Below, in pieces: positions 60,865 to 64,000 of a DNA stretch of 64,000 nt. Each line of letters starts with the position of its first letter. Positions within the stretch are counted from its first letter, which is position 1. The position numbers and the translations under genes are program-made. The DNA comes from Selaginella moellendorffii (taxonomy: Eukaryota > Plantae > Lycopodiophyta), in assembly GCF_000143415.4 (NCBI RefSeq), contig NW_003314301.1, positions 1,418,981 to 1,482,980 on the forward strand. Direction: 5' to 3'. The notes under the pieces were generated by a model. That model saw nothing but the letters and a program-made list of their open reading frames with translations. It did not search any database and was not told the origin of the DNA.

Positions 60865-61829
60865 GCTTATAATGGCGTGTGCCCTCATGCCATTTACTTG
60901 ATCACCAAATACCTTTTTCCCTTTGCACTAGTATATCTTAATACCGGTCTGAGAAATAGAATGGCATGTGCCCTCAGGCCTTTTACTAAATCACCTTTGA
61001 AAGAAATGCAAGCCTCTATGTCGTAAAAAAAAGGTACTAGAAAAATTCCTTAATAATATGAATGTTATTTAGTTTCATGAAAATACACTAAGGGTCAAAT
61101 GAGTTAAATGACTTCTCCAGACTAGCAATGCCTCTTGCTACACCTTCACAATTAGATTCGTTAGAAAAAGATAACATTGAATAATATCTAAATGTTCTCA
61201 CCATTAAGTTATATGTCTGGCTAATAGGAATGACGTTCATCTTGGAAAACTCACCACACGCTCAATGAACAAATAAATAGTGTGTGCGCGCATGCCATCG
61301 CTCTTTTTTAGCTTCAGATTCGGCTTGTTCACCTTGACAATGAGATTTATTATACAACCAGATGGACTCAGTCTGGACACAAAGTCACCGCGCTAGTCAC
61401 CATGCCCCAGATATGTCTAGCCCCTGGACAAAAAACATATAATTTCACGTCATTTTCAAATACTTGAAAATTTGTACCTAGTCCCATTTTACTGAATAAA
61501 TCCCACTTTAACGAAATAGAGCATATAGGACCAATCCTATAAACGCTTAACAAAGAGATTTACAAAACTAGATAAGAAACAAATGAAGGAATATTTTCCA
61601 ACTAAGACATATAGAGGAATAAGAGCATATAATAACTGAGTTATGAGATAAAGTCGAACAAGAATTTTTTAAGTAAAACAGGAACTACTAGTTCCCAAAG
61701 TCCAAGTGAGAAAACCTCTATCACAACTATACCAAATTCAGACTTGAAAGAGGACGACACTTTAGACCAAGGGTTTCATACAACCCAAAGCTCGCCAACC
61801 AAACTCTCAACACAAGATTAGCAACCATC

Positions 61830-64000
61830 AATGGCAATCATCAACCCAATGAATACAATTGGAAGCATGATTATATATTCAATTTTCACTGGAAGTAAGT
61901 CAGAAAATTCAAAATTACATGTAACACAATTCAACCAGATTGTCAAGATGAACAATCAAGAATAGCATCAAGCCATACTTTTCCCATACACACTTAAAGG
62001 AAGAGCTTTTGAATGGTATAATACTCTAAAGGATTTTGTACCATATGACGAGAAACTTGAACAATTCAAGGAACAGTTCCCAGCCAGAGGAACACCGAAG
62101 GAGCATTATGAGCAAATTAAGAATATAAAACAACAACCAAAGGAAGGAATTCAAGACTATACTAGATAATTCAAATTACATGCAAAGAAATATAAACATT
62201 TAATCACCAACAAAGGCAAGAGTTTATCTTACATACAAGGATTAAGAGAAGCCTATTGAAACATGATAACCTTGGCTGATACACCTGATGAAGAAAGTGT
62301 TGATTCACTATCTCAAGGAATTTTAAAACTTGAGAAACACTTTAAGCAATTCACTAAAGGTGAATCTTCTTATACTAATGATGACTTGGATGATGAAGAG
62401 GAAGAAATACTAATCAAAACCAAAAAACAATAGACACAAGATAAAGACATTAAACATGTATTAAAGAAGTTAGCTTTAACCGAGCTTAAACAAGGAGTAT
62501 TTTGTACAAAATGCAAAAATGAAGGACATTCTATTTCAACTGCAAATTCTATTTACCTAAATATCATACTTGTGATAGAGAAGGACATATAGCTAAGAAT
62601 TGTCGATATAGAAATACCACTGAAGTTTCAAGAGTGGAAAATGTTCAAAGAGAACCACCACGACAAAATTATTAAAGAAAAAACAACAACGAACAAAGAC
62701 TACCAAGAGACTATTATTACAAAGATAATCAACAATATAATCAAGGATATAATTGTGGATATAATCCCCCACAAAATCAAAGCTATAGTTAAGCACAAAA
62801 CAATTATAGAGGCAATTACAACCAATAACAATACAATGAACATTTCAACAATTATTAACATCCACAAGGGAACAATTACAACCAAAGTCAACAAAGGCAA
62901 TATAACACTTTTAACAATCAAGCATTATAACAAAATTATCCACCAAGACAAATGAACCACAAGAAAATCAATCTAAACAACAATACAATCCATAAAACCA
63001 AAGAGTCAATTAAGCTTCTGTTGGAAGACCACTAGCAGCACAAGCAGTCCAAGTAGAAGTTAATATTGAATATGAAAAAAAAGTAATGACTAAAAAACCA
63101 GAAGTCTTAGCAATCACAAGAACACAATATGAATGTCAACAACTTCATAATTATGAAGAACAAGATGAAAGTGATCAAGCATTAGAAATTAAAAATACAG
63201 AATGGATAAAAAGTAAAAAAATACTTCAAACCATTCAACAAGAGCTTTAAAACAAAGATCCCAAAATTATTAATGATCAAATATACAATCAAGATGACCA
63301 AACTCAAGTATTAAGATTTACTCAAGATGAGCATACAACTATTGCTGAGCACATATTACAACAAGGAATTACTTTAACCCTACAACAAATACTACAAATA
63401 GCACCATATATAAAAGACCAAATCTTAAAGATATGTAATCAAAGGATCCCTGAAGCTCGCACACAAGGAAAACACCAATCTCAATCAACACAACAAAAAC
63501 ATACTAAAAGAATCCAACCGGTGATTATGATGATAATGTACCTTGTATCAATTGAAGGAGCTATTCTTGATGGAGGTTCTAGGGTTAACATCATTATGCA
63601 CTATACAAAGCCTTAGGACTTGGCAATATACAAACTACACCATTCAATATATGCATGGCTGATCAAAGAGTTGTCAGATTATCAGGCATTATATATGATG
63701 TCTCTATGACAATCAAAGGACATAAATTTACAGTTAACTTTATTGTGTTAAAAATGTCAATTGAAGAATCTTTTTATGAGATCTTGCTAGGTAGAACTTA
63801 GCTTAATAAAGCTGTTTATGCATAATATTGGATGGAACATGAGATATATATACAATCCCAAAAAGGACAAACTAAAATATCAATATTGAAGAGCAAGAAA
63901 ATCTTGAGAAGTTTCTGATCAACACATGTTCAAAAGTACAATTGGCAAGAAGACTTAGATGATCTTGAAGAAGCTAAATTATTTGAAGCATATCTTGAAC
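61830..64000 (+). pseudogene. Decayed LTR-retrotransposon gag-protease (Ty3/gypsy-like); its upstream region probably includes 46187-48170 and sequence left of 29780
   Basis: Gag-like FPYTLKGRAFEWY, zinc-knuckle remnants FCTKCKNEGH and TCDREGHIAKNC, Asn/Gln-rich linker, protease AILDGGSRVNII; many stops. Confidence 0.75.

Larger units (their letters stand above)
48555..61298. repeat. Dispersed 22-bp palindrome ATGGCRTG-N6-CAYGCCAT (about 25 full or partial copies)
   Basis: Full-geometry copies start at 48555, 49632, 49707, 51090, 52730, 54066, 54143, 55050, 55288, 56820, 56918, 56988, 59988, 60134 and 60872. Partial copies are near 48270, 50905, 51231, 54010, 54918, 55211, 56136, 56205, 58590, 58651, 60275, 60465, 60961 and 61280. 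Confidence 0.92.
48171..61522 (+). mobile_element. 13.35-kb TIR DNA transposon with Sola-like DDD transposase and cargo genes
   Basis: Perfect 22-bp TIRs gctctatttcgttaaagtggga (48171-48192) and tcccactttaacgaaatagagc (61501-61522). Element-specific palindromes are confined between them. No clear TSD. Confidence 0.85.

Noticed and set aside
48555-61298. CRISPR-like interpretation of the recurring palindrome
   Set aside because: Spacing is irregular (tens of bases to over 1 kb), there is no constant spacer length, there are no cas genes, and the context is eukaryotic.
62593-62955. Ile/Thr-rich and hydrophobic ORFs
   Set aside because: Off-frame readings of the Asn/Gln-rich gag linker.

Overview
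Eukaryotic (land-plant) repeat-rich DNA with no prokaryotic operons or CRISPR. Very short GT-AG introns (about 38-62 nt) suggest a compact-intron plant such as Selaginella (inference only). The only clearly intact host gene is an intronless germin-like protein (25625-26257), with a tandem pseudogene copy. The rest is nested transposable elements. (1) 1.5-23.3 kb: LTR family A copies; an inverted pair of non-coding LARD-like family B elements; and a 5.8-kb Ty3/gypsy element carrying two Cassandra (5S-rRNA-containing TRIM) insertions. (2) 29.8-46.2 kb: a hAT element containing a solo LTR and a third Cassandra. That Cassandra is split by an ~12-kb Mutator-like element, and the stack is scrambled by an ~6.4-kb inversion that can be reconstructed from TSDs and reading frames. 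(3) 48171-61522: a 13.35-kb element with perfect 22-bp TIRs and a Sola-like DDD transposase. The best candidate for an undescribed system is that the two large DNA transposons have unrelated transposases yet share a cargo design. Each has a multi-exon ParB/Srx-like + degenerate beta-class amino-methyltransferase-like gene transcribed divergently from the transposase, and each has a homologous small 'SLP.SPYYTPG' protein near one end. The Sola-like element also carries about 25 copies of a fixed-geometry 22-bp palindrome (ATGGCRTG-N6-CAYGCCAT), including inside its own tiny introns. This suggests a parS/ParB-like or VANC-like self-recognition (possibly anti-silencing) system; the function is inferred, not shown. 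All domain calls are by eye from motifs; no searches were run.
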